The notes beneath the pieces were generated by a model. The model worked only from the letters and a program-made list of their open reading frames with translations, was not told where the DNA came from and searched no databases. From positions 396,003-460,002 of the forward strand of contig RHPI01000773.1 in NCBI GenBank assembly GCA_009103225.1: a DNA stretch of 64,000 nucleotides, written 5' to 3'. The position numbers were made by a program, and so were the translations under genes. Every line of letters starts with the position of its first letter. Position 1 is the first letter of the stretch. This stretch comes from Chlorokybus atmophyticus (lineage: Eukaryota > Plantae > Mesostigma and Chlorokybus algae). This document shows positions 26,121-39,559 of the stretch, in pieces.

Positions 26121-26899
26121 AACCATTCAACCCACACCTCCCATCCATCCACCCACCCAGCCACAACCACAGTCAACGCTCCTACCAGAGTCACGATGGC
26201 AGGTATGTACCTTCGGTAGTAGAACTACTAGTTTACCTCGCACATATAGCATTCTTCATACCGTCCAAGAAGAATACTCGCACATTCACGTGCACATTAG
26301 AAAGAGGAGCGAGCGATTCAACCTACACCACCTATCCCCCTATCCACCCAGCCACGATCACAGTCAATAATTCTACCAGAATCATAATGGCAGGTTGGTA
26401 ACTCGCACTTCTGGCGTTATTCAAAAACGTTTTCAGATTAGTGCGCGCACATTTGCACGCTCAGCAGGAACAGCGCGCTATTTACAATTTAACCATGGAT
26501 GAGAGAGGTTCCGCGGTTGAAACTGTTCAAGACTAAGGGGGATGTGCGAACTTCTCATATATCCGATACGAATACACCAGATGATTCTTCACTGTTGTTG
26601 AATCAGGTCGCAAAATGCATGCACAACAGACTGTGCGGCAGTGCACATAGAATATGGATTTACACAATTACAATACTGTTACAGTCTCACGCCTTGGGTA
26701 GATATGACTAAGCACAGGTGGAATGGCAAAAATGGAAGGCCAATGCAGAGACACACATCAGAAGTGAGTGGCATTGGACCAAAAGTTCCAAGGGAATGAA
26801 GGGCATTGCACAGATGCTACACACATAAACTTCCGTCTAGACACAAACACCTATCCACAACATGTACAAAAGTTGTCTTTTGCTACACATCAAAATGCT

Positions 26900-29241
26900 T
26901 TACTGGCCAGCTCCGAAGATCTTGCCGAAGAAGCCAGGCTTCTTCTCGTGCAGCTCACCTTCCTCACGCTGTTCCTGGCTGGTAGAGAGCTTGGCAGCCT
27001 CACTTTCGGCTTTGGAGGCCTCGAGCTTGAGCTCACGTGCCTCCTGAAGTAGGGTCTTGGTGCGCTTCTCTGACTCAACTGAGACGGCGTGGGTCTCGCG
27101 CTGCTGGACAAGGACGGTCTCAAGTTCCTGAGACTTCTCATTTGCAAGTTTCAGCTGCGCCTCCAGCTCTGCCTGCTTCTTCTGCACATCAGCCTCCAAC
27201 TCGCCCGCGGAATTGCGCTTACTCTCAGCAGCAGCCAGCAGCTGGTTGATCTCCTCGCCAATGCGATGCTTTTCTGCCTTGGCCTGAAAGCAAGATTGCA
27301 TGTTAGTCAACAGCATGCAGCATGTACTGAGTGCAACGAGGAGCAGCTGTTAAGCGTAAAATCAACTCAATCTACCTCCTCAGCACGCTGCTCAGCCTGG
27401 CGCAGGGCAGCTTCAGCTTGCTGGCGCTTCTTCTCGGCTGCAGCTGCCTCACGCTCAAGCTGCTCATAGCTTGCCTTGGCCTGGTCCACTTGAGGCTGCA
27501 AAAAACAAATACAGTCATCAAATTGCTTGCACACACAGCGGTGCCAAGATTGTAGGCAAGACAGATAGCTGCAACTCACCAAGGTGCGCTGCAACTCCTC
27601 TGTCACCTTCGCACGCTCCTCTGCGGTCAGGTTCTTGGCATTCTGCTTCTCCTCCAGCTTCTCGCGCAGTGCCTTGGCTCGGCTGCGGCTGTTCTCCAGC
27701 TTGGTCAGGAGCTGGCGAGCCTCCTCCTCGAGAGCAGCAACGGTCTTGTCAACCTTCTGCTTCTCGGAGATGAGGGTCATGACATCTTCTGACAAGAGCT
27801 GCTCCTTGTTGCTGAGGTCCTTCTCAGCAGACTTCAGGTCTGCCGCATGGGTAGCCACCTCACGGTACTCACCCTTCTTTGCCTCCTTCAGTTCAGACAG
27901 ACGCTGGGCCTCAGCTGCAAATTTCTCAGCTTCACCCCGCTTCTGCTCAGCCAAGCTCTCGGCAGCATGAGCCTCGTCCTTCTCCTGCTGGCCAACTGGT
28001 ACAAGCTTGTCAGCCTTGGCCTGTAGTGCCTCGGCTGTGTTCAGCAGCCCAGCACGATCCCTGTCCTCGGTGTTAACCTGGCAAACACATTCCACAGTTA
28101 ACAACAACATTGAAAAAGTCACACCATCCATGCTGCGCACGATCCAAAGTTAGACTATACCTCAGATTTCAATGCTTGTGCACGCTGCTCTGCGTCCTGC
28201 TTGCCGGCCAACAGCTCCTTGGTGCGCTTCTCAACTCTGTACACCAACATACACTGAGTAAACCAATCGTGGCGTGATGTAACTCCGGGGAAAGGGACCT
28301 ACAGTGAAAATGAACCACTCACTCAAGCTCGTTGCTGTGCACTTCCTCGCGCTTGGTCATCTCGTCCTTGACCTGAATCTCCTTCTCGTCAACCATGGCG
28401 TATTTCTCATGAGCCTCCTGCGCCAGCTCAGCACGGCGGCGCTCACGCTCCCTCTCAGCCTCCAACTCGCGTTGCCTCTGATATAAGGATCACAGTCAGC
28501 ATCAACAATCACATGTTACTGTGATACAATATGTCAGCCTATCAAACAACCAGCAATTACCTGCTCGGCCTCACGCTGCTGGATCATGGCCTCCTGGGCA
28601 TTGCGCTGGATGTCGGCCTGTTGCTGCTGGAGACGGGCAATCTCCTCCTCCTTAGACTTGAATTGCTCGGTGGCCTGCATGCGAGCATAGTATGCCTCCT
28701 TCTGCTCCTGGCTCATGTTCTCCACTTCACTGTCAAGCTGCGCTTTCTTGTCGTGAGCAATCCTGGCGACCTCGCCAGTGACAGCCTCACGCTCGTCCAC
28801 ATACTGCTGGTCCTTGCTCACCCGTACAGTCTAATCATGCAAACAGACAGCTGTGAGCACACTGAATGTGTTGGACCTACGTCAAAGTATCAGCAAATGA
28901 GTATCAGCACGTACCTCCGAGTGGGAGGATTGCACACTGGTGCTTTGACTATATTCCTTCTTGGCATAGGTCTCCTTCTCAGTTCCAGATCCTGCCGGTG
29001 CCGCAGCCCGCGCCTCTGTGTCTGCCTGCTCACACCGGCAGACACGATGAGCAATACGTTTGCAGCAAACCACAACTTCTTCTTCTTATCACCAGCACAT
29101 GTCGCATCAACAATGCCCGCAGGGTCATGCATGGCCACGCTATGGTGACCAGTCAGACACGCCGTGGCCATGCATGGCCAAACATCCACTCAGTGCTAGC
29201 AAACTTGCATAGCGACAATGACAACCATCAGTACTCACCAT
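26900..29241 (-). CDS. Long Ala/Glu/Lys-rich coiled-coil protein A with C-terminal KKPGFFGKIFG motif
   Basis: Exons: ATG at 29241 | ~29030-28913 | 28821-28561 | 28480-~28325 | ~28238-28162 | 28078-27581 | 27496-27377 | 27286-26900. Heptad-like sequence throughout; homologous to the gene at 33190-36253. An upstream in-frame extension is possible. Confidence 0.85.
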
Positions 29242-32200
29242 CTTGACTGAAGTTGCCGACACTCCAAACCTCGCTTACACGCTCTTTGGTTGCACAACGC
29301 ACGCTTCCACAAACTCGCTACTGTTCACCCGAGAAAGGCCGCAACAAGCTTGTTGTCCATGGGCGGTGTGCATGCAGGTTATATACTACGCGGTGTAAAG
29401 TGGGTCAGGATGTGGGACGCCACGTCAGGGCAGCCGCAGTGGCAGTGGAAGATCCGTCTAGAGGCTACCACTGCTGGCCAGCAGCAGGCATTGGTTTGCT
29501 TGATCTAAAGCCGGGCGAGCCGCAGCTTGCGAGTGAGTCAGCGATGCGCGCCCGTATCCTGCCATCGCGCTTTGGGGGTCTATTGTATTTCATGATCCAG
29601 GTCCCCTTTCCACAATCAAGCATAGGGGGAGGTACTACCGGTGAATCAGTCGAATGCAGATACCGGTATGATCTGACTGATCTGTTTGCAGCACGATTCA
29701 TGAGTCATGAATCGTGCTGGCGAGGAAGGTCCGTTTTTCTGACACAGGGTGCCAATTGCTGCAAGGTGGCACGCAATTGTGTCACATCACATGCCCGATT
29801 GCCTAGCCCTGGTTATCTACAAGACAGTCCCCTATTGGTAGGGATCTGAGTGACATAGATGTCCAATTATAGGGGCCTAAGGGAACCACATATATAACAA
29901 ATTTTGTTGGGGTAAATGCGTTACAAGCAATCCCCTACCAGCAGGCAATGTCTTATACTTGAAGTTTTGTTGTTTTGCAACCTTCTGATATGGTTTAAAA
30001 TGGGTATACCTCATTGTGGTCGGTGACATGTTATACGTTATTGATTTTGTGCATACTTAAAATGAAGAGTACGTATAGTGTGCGGCAACACGTGGGCAAA
30101 TGGGCAAGCATTAACTAGCATTGACATGAATCGCAGTGTTATATTGACAACATTGTATTTTAATTTATTCAATTATAAGCTTATACCTTTGTCACAGTAC
30201 AGCATCCGGCAAACTCACATCATCATTTAAACTTAAGTATTGTTGTTAATGATAATGTAAATTTGCCAAATGCTATGTAACCGTGATAAAGATTGAAATC
30301 TTACAAACCCATTCGAAAAATCGAATCCCTAATCATATGCATGCGCAACATGGCACTATTTATACATTTCATATTCGAATCATTCAATAAGCTTATAAGA
30401 AAGGCTTGGAATCTTGGCGAGCCGCTTAAAAGCATATGCGTTTACGTTGCATGACACATAAAGACCAAAAGTTGGTTTGCGAACATATCAAGTTTCAAAT
30501 AAGGGACGAAAGTGAAAGTTAAGGCTTGCGACATACGATGTGAATAGTTGGATAATGATGCGCAATTCACGATTCCAACTTCTTATAATATAACTACCAT
30601 GCTTGAGCCGCCCCGCGTGCTTTCCCTCATTTGCCATTAAAACTTATGTCTTGGTGACTTCTCTCGCGAGCTACTGTTGCTTTATGGTTGCACTCATGCG
30701 GCCACTGTTGAGGCTACATGCGACCGCGTGTGGGTTTGAGCGCGAAGGACTTTATGCTGCACGGCTCCTCCATGGCAAGGACTATGCTGGGTTCCTCCAC
30801 GCGCGGGTGTGCCTCTACTTTAAGGGTCTGTCCGGCTATGTTGTCACGCGCATCGCGGATGAGGTAAAGAAGGAGGTCCACCATGCCGACGCAGTTGTAG
30901 CCAGACAGGGCTCCCGTTGTAGTAACACAGTGGCATTGCGGTCTCTCCTTGATGGGGGGAAGGCCGCCGTGTCGCAGCTGATCAACCCGGTGATGCGCCT
31001 GTGGAGGTGTGGCAACTGCGCTGACGAGCACTTTGGAGACATCGCGCTCGTATCGGAGGCCGGTGCGCACGGCCACCGTCACGACCGAGGGAATAGTTGC
31101 ATGCCTGTCGTTACCGGAAAGAGCCTTAAGGCAAGTGTGCTCAAGCTCGAGGACACTACTCTATCCGTATGTGCGCGCACGCGCACGAAGTCACCACGCT
31201 ATCAGTGCCGTTGAGACTCGTGGCAATTAATGTATTGGTGTTGTTGGCGTTGCAGGTGGGCTTGTGGTGCCGCTGCCAACATCAGCATGACCTATTGGTG
31301 GTAGGATGATGGCGCATGCTGCACCCAACGCACGCTGGGCCCTCGCCTCTATCCCCTTCCTATCCCACATGATAAGCAAATGCTGTTGTTATTGTGGAAG
31401 GTGAACAGCATGGTTGTTTTGCAAAACGATTGAAGACTGAAAGCTTATGCTGTAGCGGACATACGAGGACACGCTTATGTGTTTGCATGTATGCAAAGGA
31501 TGCTGCCCTGCACCCCCCTCCCCCCCNNNNNNNNNNNNNNNNNNNNNNNNNNNNNNNNNNNNNNNNNNNNNNNNNNNNNNNNNNNNNNNNNNNNNNNNNN
31601 NNNNNNNNNNNNNNNNNNNNNNNNNNNNNNNNNNNNNNNNNNNNNNNNNNNNNNNNNNNNNNNNNNNNNNNNNNNNNNNNNNNNNNNNNNNNNNNNNNNN
31701 NNNNNNNNNNNNNNNNNNNNNNNNNNNNNNNNNNNNNNNNNNNNNNNNNNNNNNNNNNNNNNNNNNNNNNNNNNNNNNNNNNNNNNNNNNNNNNNNNNNN
31801 NNNNNNNNNNNNTTTCTCCGGCACACTCATGTACTGTACTACATGTAATGGATATATTTTCGTACACATGCATGCAAAAAGCTCACGCCTGTCACATGTG
31901 CACACAAGTAGGTGAATAATTGGTGTCACACTTAGTGGCTAGCAGTAGGTTAGCATATAGCCCGGTGGTGTTGTATGTGAAAATGTGTTGGTGGTGATGT
32001 ATTGACTGCATGTTTGTGATGAATGCGGTGTGCCTTGCATGCATGAAGCCTGCCTTGCATCTTTTGTATACTGGTACATGCCGGCAACAGTATGACCACT
32101 TCAATTATCACATTGTGGTCGTCAACGTGGTCCTACTCAAGGCTGACTCTACTGCCGATGTAGGTAATGCATGCTTGCAGACTGACAGGGTTGGGCAGTA

Positions 32201-33189
32201 GAGTAGTGAAGTAGGTAGTAGTAGGGAGTGTGTACCTAACCCGGTGGACGTGATAGAGGTGAGTGTGATTGTTGTTGAAGTGTCCATGCATGTATCGTGC
32301 ATGTTGCATACATCATGTGCATATCCTGTACACTACCATTATCATCGCATACACATCCACACATTTCCGGTGCATACACATGGCGCTTGCATTGATAGAC
32401 AGACAGACGGAGACGTATGGATACATGTGCAGATGCAAATGTATATACGCACGCATAGTTGTATAAACTAATGCATAAACATGTTTATGCACCATATTAA
32501 CATGGGCATGGGACAGCCAGTTGGCAAATGACCATCTGAATTATACGCTCACACTCACATCAATTCCGCCATATCTAAGCAAACTTTTTAGCTTTCAGCA
32601 GTCACACATCGTTCACCATCCTCCACCTGCTGCACCCACAGCACCCGGGAGCATACACCCTCAAAGGGGTTATGCTCCCATCACCCATGCACGGCCCAAA
32701 AAAAAAAATACTTTATGGACAGTGTACAGACATCCACATCGATTGCCATGCGAATGCACTATATTCACGTCACTTTCAGTAGCCATTTTTCACCTTTGTA
32801 AACGCACTATATATGGAAATGCTTGCTGTCGTACTGAGTATGTACCACGGATATATCACAAGGTACTACCAACTGTATAATCAACTAAAGGCTACAAGAC
32901 ACACTTGCCACATGTAATGTCCTGTGCATCAATGCACTGCAGCCCATGGAAGTAACTCAATCAGCTGAGGTTGCCAGGTTGGCGACAGCCGTTCAAAGAC
33001 CTATGTACCAAGAAATGGGGACAACAGTTCACATGCACATGGAGCAAGCACGATGTAGAAAAAAAGGGCTGGAAATGCCTGAGCTAACAAGTCATATCTT
33101 ACAGTACTCACAGCGGCTGGCAGCTAGGTGACAACACACTTATTCCTGCAGTGGCAGCCTTATGCAACTACACTTCACCCCACCAACAT

Positions 33190-36100
33190 TCACCGCTTCC
33201 CACCACCAAACAAGCCAAAGATGCCTCCTTTCCTCTTTTCCAGCAACTCGCCCTCCTCGCGTTGCTCCTGAGCAAGGGAAGTAACAATTAGTACAGAAAG
33301 TATGGAAACGGACTTGCTGAAAGCATAATGCACACCAACACGCACCTTCTCTGTGGAATATTTCGCAGCCTGATGCTCCAGCTCAACAGCCTCCTTCTTT
33401 AGCTCCCTAGCCTCTTGCAGCAGAACCTTTGCGCGTGATTCTGTTTCAACAGTGACAGTGTGGATCTCCCGCTGCTTGGTGAGCACTTCCTGCAGAACGC
33501 GAAAAACACAATGAGTAATCAAGCACTCTCTGCGCTCTCTGCACTAGCTGTTCATGCATATAGCCTATACTTGGCACAAACCTCAAGTTCCACTGAGCGA
33601 GCCTCCGCAGCGGCAAGAGCCACTTCCAGCTCTTCACTAGCGTTCGCGGAAGACTGCTTCAAGGACTCAGCCACTTCCTTTTTGCTCTGCACACAGTATC
33701 ACAAGTAAGACCATCACCTTCTTAAGCTAGATAGAACGAGTACAAAGAGGACAAACATACCTCAGCCTCCTTGCGGAGCCGCTTAATCTGCTCCTCAATC
33801 ACACTCTTTTCTGCACGAGCCTTCTGCGCATGCTCTTCCGCCGCTTGCAATGTGGCCTGTGCATCTGCGCGCTTCTTCTCTGCAATGTCTAGCGAGCGCT
33901 GTGCATCCTCCACGTTGGCTTCAAGCACCTCCATCTTGGGCTGTAATCGTCAACACATATGTTACACAGATGAACATTTGTCCCTGTTAGATCATGTGCA
34001 ACCGTCAACACTCACCAGCTTGTCCTTGAGCTGATCCTTGACCTTGATATACTCCTCTTGTGTCTGCTTCTGCTTTGCCTTCTTCTCCTCGAGCTGCTCC
34101 TCCAACTCCTTGGCGCGTGCACGACCTTTCTCCAGACGCTCCAAGAGCAAGCGAGCCTCTTTCTCGGCTTGCGAGACACTAGCATCCACCTGCACGATGG
34201 AACACAACGTCAATTGCGGTCACCTAACGCGATTATTAGATGGAGTGGATAATGAGTAAAAGAATTCCACGGCCATGTTGAGCAGGAGAGAGGAGAGAAA
34301 GTCTGTTCCCCATACAGTATGCCAGCTGGCTACAGCACACAATGAATCCTCAGCTGCACTTGCCTCTTGCTTCTCACTTGCAAGCTTCAGGATAACATCC
34401 GTCAGATCAGCATTGTCCGAGTTGAGATCACGCTCCAGAGCCTTGAGGTTGGCCACTTCCAGCCTAATGTCGCGATACTCAGTCTCCTTTTCTTTCTTGT
34501 CTTGCTCTAGGTTGCCCGCTGTCGCCGCAAGATACTCCACTTCGGAGCGTTTAGCTTCAGCAAGCTTGGCAGCATCAGTAGCCTCAACCTGCACCGGGCC
34601 ATGCACACTTCAAGTCTGTTCCCGACACATTGTGTGCCATCTGACTCAACATCATTGACTAGCGATGCCGCACCTGCAGATGCTCTGCTTGATGAACTGT
34701 GGTCTTCAACTTTTGGTTCTCCACTTCATCAACAGATTTCAACAGGCGCTGTCGCTCCTCTTCATCACGTTGACGCTGCGTACACAACAACTCGAGTTGG
34801 CATGCAATTTGCTTCTACACTTAACTGCCGTTCATGTTGAACATCATTGTCACCTGCAGCTCAAGTTCCTGGGCTTTGACCTCAGCTTCCTTCTTCTCTT
34901 CCAAGATCTCCCTTGTGCGCCTCTCAGTTCTGTTTATTAACAGCTCAATTAGCCAACTCATAATTACTGTTGTGAGTAACAGGCCAGCCAGTGTTCAATG
35001 CACTTACTCAATCTCAAGCTCATGTGCCTCTTCGCGTTTTGTCATCTCCTCCTTTACAAGGGTCTCTTTCTCCAGCACCTATACCCGGAACACGACAAAC
35101 TCTGCAACCAATGCCATACAAGCAAAGCATATTGGTATTTGGCTGCAGCTATCACCTGCTCGTACTTCACATGAGCCATCTGCGCCTTCTCAGCACGCAA
35201 GCGCTCGCGCTCTGCCTCAGATAACACCTCTGATTGCCTCTGCGAACAATCTAAGGTGTCAATCAAAGCGTAATTGACAGACACAAGCGGAACGTTGTAA
35301 AAGTGTGAGACCTCATACCTCAGCAACTTCCTTCTGCTGCTGCATGGCGTCATAAGCGCTACGCTTCAGCTCCTCCTGCTCGCGCATGAGCTTAGCAATT
35401 TCCTCCTCCTTGGCCTTGTAGGCCTGCGTGGCCTCAATGCGGGCAAGGTAGGCTTCATGCTTCTCTCGCTCAAGCTGCATGCAGTGCTCCAGTTAGACAC
35501 GCATGATGATAGAAAAGGTGGGACACTTACATTACTCAAATATTGTTGCACACCCGTTCAGCAGCACTTTCGAGCTCTTGTGTCTTCTCGGCAGCCTTCT
35601 GTGCTACTTGCTCGGTCAGCGTCTCGCGACTGTCGACCCAAGCTTGATCAGCGGACACCTTCGACTCCTGCACAAATATTGAAGCTCAGCTGCTTACGCT
35701 GACTGAGTGCTACACACATTCCACAATGTTGCCTTCTCTGCTCCAGATACCCAACAGTATGCGCAGCTCAGTGCAATACAACAGACCGGTCCATACAGCA
35801 ATCTCTCACGAGGACAGTCAGGTATAGGCCGCATGCCTTGGCAAACGCGAAAGCTTAAGGAGTGACGTACATCAAATATTGTCCAGCTTAAGTACTAAGT
35901 ACCCCGCCCTCTTACCTCTACGAGGACAGTAGACTCGCTAGTGAACGTCTCTTTTATGCGCTGAGTGGACTTAACAACGGTCTCCTTGGTCTGCTCGCTG
36001 GCGGACTGGAAGCTCCCCTTAACTTGTTCAATGGCAGTGTTCTCGCCCGCAGGCGCTGCCGCACGCTCGCTAGCTGTGTCCGCCTAGGCCACAGCCGGTC

Positions 36101-36253
36101 AGCGCATGCATGCAATGCTGCCTGTTGCTCACAGGTTACTACCGACAGCAGCATAAGCATGGAGATTACAAGCGCGCACAGCATAGACTTGCAAGCAACG
36201 TTAACGCCAGCAACTACACAAGCATGCGACACGAGGAACAAGCGACTCACCAT
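33190..36253 (-). CDS. Long coiled-coil protein B, paralog of A, with C-terminal KRKGGIFGLFGGGKR
   Basis: Spliced exons align with gene A: EAYLARIEATQAYKAKEEEIAKL vs EAYYARMQATEQFKSKEEEIARL; LLQEARELK; EQREEGEL. ATG at 36253 followed by an intron and ADT, as in A. Confidence 0.85.
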
Positions 36254-38291
36254 AGTGCTGACAGCTCTCGTTGACGGCTTCTCAACGCCCTGTTTCACCC
36301 TGTTTTCTCACTCACTGCACGCTCCAGTGACAGCCGCCTAAGCACTGCTCCCCGCCTGCTGAAACACACCCCTCGCAATCACAAACGTCAACACTGTTTC
36401 TCACGCTTGGCCTCGATAGCTGATGGCTTAATTGTGAAGCAGAGTGACAAGCAGCTGCTTTGCTGGTTAAGTGTCGTGACGTCAGCGGGTGAGGATCGCA
36501 GTGAGATTGAAATCTCAAAGCGGTGTATTGAAAATAGGGCGGCTGACATGGCGGGTGCCATGGGTCGATGATCGACGATCTCGTGACCTCCAGCAACCAT
36601 GCCCCTGCCGTATCCCCCGCGACAATCGCTGCGATTCGCTACTTGATATCGATACTGATTTATAACGCAAACATTGAATGGGGTTGAAGCAAACGCTAGT
36701 TCACTTCAAGCTAGCTTTCATCTGCTGTTGATGCCCTTCATGTTTCGTGGTAGTATAGCATGATTGTACAAAGGCAACACACTGATTATCGAGCATGCAC
36801 ACATTCTTGTTGATGTGTGGGTATTTGCATGAAGTTTTACATCCATGGTGAAAATGTCCATTCACGCATTGTTTATTATTTATGCAATAGTCAAGTATTC
36901 ATCGCAAACCTCGTCAATATGTTTATATATCTTATGTCTCATAGTGGTCAAGCCATGCAAACAGGGATGTGCACATCAATGTTATTGAAACCGTGAAACA
37001 AGAAGCATATTTTTTTATTAAATTGTTTACAAAGCATGATACCTCGCGGTTTACGCATACTCAATGCACGATGTACACATGATATTATTGTACTCGTTTA
37101 CTTTATGAATCATCTATTTGAGCAGCCCTTACTTGAAACACGAGTCAGGCAGTCAGTATGCTCGTAAATAAAAATTACGCTTGTGTATTAAACTAATGAT
37201 TATGCTTGTGTAACAAACCGCAACATTGTTTTACATATGTGTTCTAAACATGCACAAACTCTTGTAAACAATAAAATAAATATTTTCTGTACATCTACAT
37301 TGCAACATGTTTATAAGCATAATATATGTGCATATGCGTTGACATGCGATGTCAATTGCTACACACATCATGTATATGCGCCACAACAACCATTAATGTT
37401 GAGTACGAAAACCTACTTCACCACATGCCTACGAATTCTTTGACATGAGCTATGGATGTTCAAAGACCTACATGATGGTGCTGTGCAAATGTGCACAATA
37501 TCAATACACGGCCAACAGCAATGAAATGCAACATGCACTACTGATGCCCTACTCTCATTAAACATGCTTTACTGTGCGAAAAAGGGTATTCTGCAATGCA
37601 AACATGCACTGTGCACTGCTATTCTTGTTGTTGCTGCTTACACATGCATGAATTTATGCATAGTGTGCCGCCAACCATAAACATGTTCACCAATTGTTTG
37701 TGCATTATACAACTTACCACCGGGCTCATACTGCATCCACCTTCTACGCTACCAATATCAGCCCAACTCGTTGGCCATACAAGCATGCATAAAGTGAGCA
37801 CCTGCTCACAGGCCCCTATTCCGCTTTTTCAGTACATGATGAGCACTCGCAAGCGACGAGTAGGACACCTCCCCGCCACTGCCAACATCCTCATCTTCTC
37901 CCACTTTCTGCATTATACCTGGCAGCGTTTGCCCATACAAACCTTGTTGCGAGGCCGCCACCCTTTGCCCTACCTCTTTATGTAACGCACCTGATCTTTA
38001 CAGTGCTGTACACGGTGTATAAAAGATGCAAGAGGAAATTTGTGCATGCAAACCTACATGTACATGCAATGTCATTAACACCACAAACACTCACAACATC
38101 GACCACCGGCACAAGGCACCTACATGCTACCTACTGACTACCTCTAATTCTACCAATATTGCCCCATGCCAGACATGCATGCATGCACGGCAATTGTAGT
38201 CATCTGCACATTCCCCAAGGTTAGCAGCCGTGCAGCAGCAGCCGCAACAACTAACATCATCAAGAGGACGTGCACTCCCCCCCTCCCTCCC

Positions 38292-38628
38292 TGTAATAAA
38301 GTGCTACCTCCATAGAGGTTCCCTGCCCTTATTTAGGATTAAATAAGGGTCCCAACGGGATTATACAGCCTATTAAGCCATATTAGGGCCGTTAACTTAT
38401 ATTAAAGCCCTAATGTAGTGTTACTAACCTGTAACACTGATATCGACATGAAATATGAGTCTCATGTTGATATCAGCCGCATGGCGGCGCTGCTAACGCA
38501 GCGACCGCCATAGCCAGGGGATCTTCTGCTTCGGCAGTTATCCCTGGCGGCGGCGGCATGGGCGGCGTGGCTGGTGGTGGTGTTGGGTAGGGGATTAAAG
38601 GGAGGAGGGAGCACCCCATCTCCTTACA
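38292..38628 (+). repeat. 5' LTR (337 bp)
   Basis: Direct repeat of 44910-45247. Manual count gives about 23 substitutions plus 1 indel, roughly 93% identity. Confidence 0.95.
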
Positions 38629-38629
38629 T

Positions 38630-38641
38630 TGGTATCGGAGC
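38630..38641 (+). other. Primer-binding site, initiator tRNA-Met type
   Basis: TGGTATCGGAGC just after the 5' LTR; one mismatch to the canonical plant TGGTATCAGAGC. Confidence 0.85.
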
Positions 38642-39082
38642 GCGGGCGGCGAGGGGCCTGTGGGAGGGGTGGTGGCAGGCGGCAGCGACTGTGGCGGCAG
38701 GCGGCAGCACTGACCAGTGGCGGCAGGCGGCAGCGACTGCAGCGGCGGCGGCGGCAACTAGCAGCCGCTACCCACTAGGGTGGGCAGTGGCGGTTGTTAG
38801 CTAGTTGTTGTTGTTGTTGTTATAGCAGTTATAGTTGCTGCTGGTGCTTAGCCTAGCTTAGCCTAGTTTGCTTGCCTTGCCCTGCCTTGCCTAGCCAGGC
38901 TTGTCAGCTTGCGTGAAGGGGAGGCGGCCACTCAGGCAGCCCCCCAAGCATTGCATGCCCAGCACATCACTTGTAATCACATTATTGTGATAACACTACT
39001 GTGCTTGTGCTTGTGTGCTTGCCACCATGTGGATTTGTGGTGGTGTGAAGGGTGTGAAATAGTATTCACAAAACCAACCCTT

Positions 39083-39264
39083 GTGAGGCAGTCTGGTTGC
39101 AACATCGGCTGCCGTTACCGCCAGTCAGTGCGGTGAGGCCGCCAGAGTCACTCTATGCGGCCGATATCAAACATGTGAGGCAGTCCGGTGGCAACATCGG
39201 CCTGCCGTTACCGCCAGTAAGTGCGGTGAGGCCGCCAAAGTCACTCTGTCGACCGATATCAAAC
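39083..39264 (+). repeat. Two-copy ~92-bp tandem repeat in the retroelement 5' leader
   Basis: GTGAGGCAGTC...GCAACATCGGC...GCCGTTACCGCCAGT...CCGATATCAAAC starts at 39083 and again at 39175. Confidence 0.9.
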
Positions 39265-39559
39265 TCACAACTCGCAACCCTGTGTGTATATTACAATTGT
39301 GGGTTGAGCTGAGTTGTACAAAGTGAAAACTTTGACAAGTTGTAACTTGTGAACCGCCGCGTGGATTCGCGTGCGGTTTCAACGTGAGTGTCTAGTTGAA
39401 AGGTGTGTGGAGAGCTCTTGTTTGAGCTGAATACTCCACGTTAAGCACTTGACATTTGATGAGACAAAATCTATAGATTTTGACACTTTTGTAGTGCACA
39501 ACTTGGATGTTTTGTGCACTTGCATACTTCTACTATTGACGGCTTGTATTCTTGGGCAG

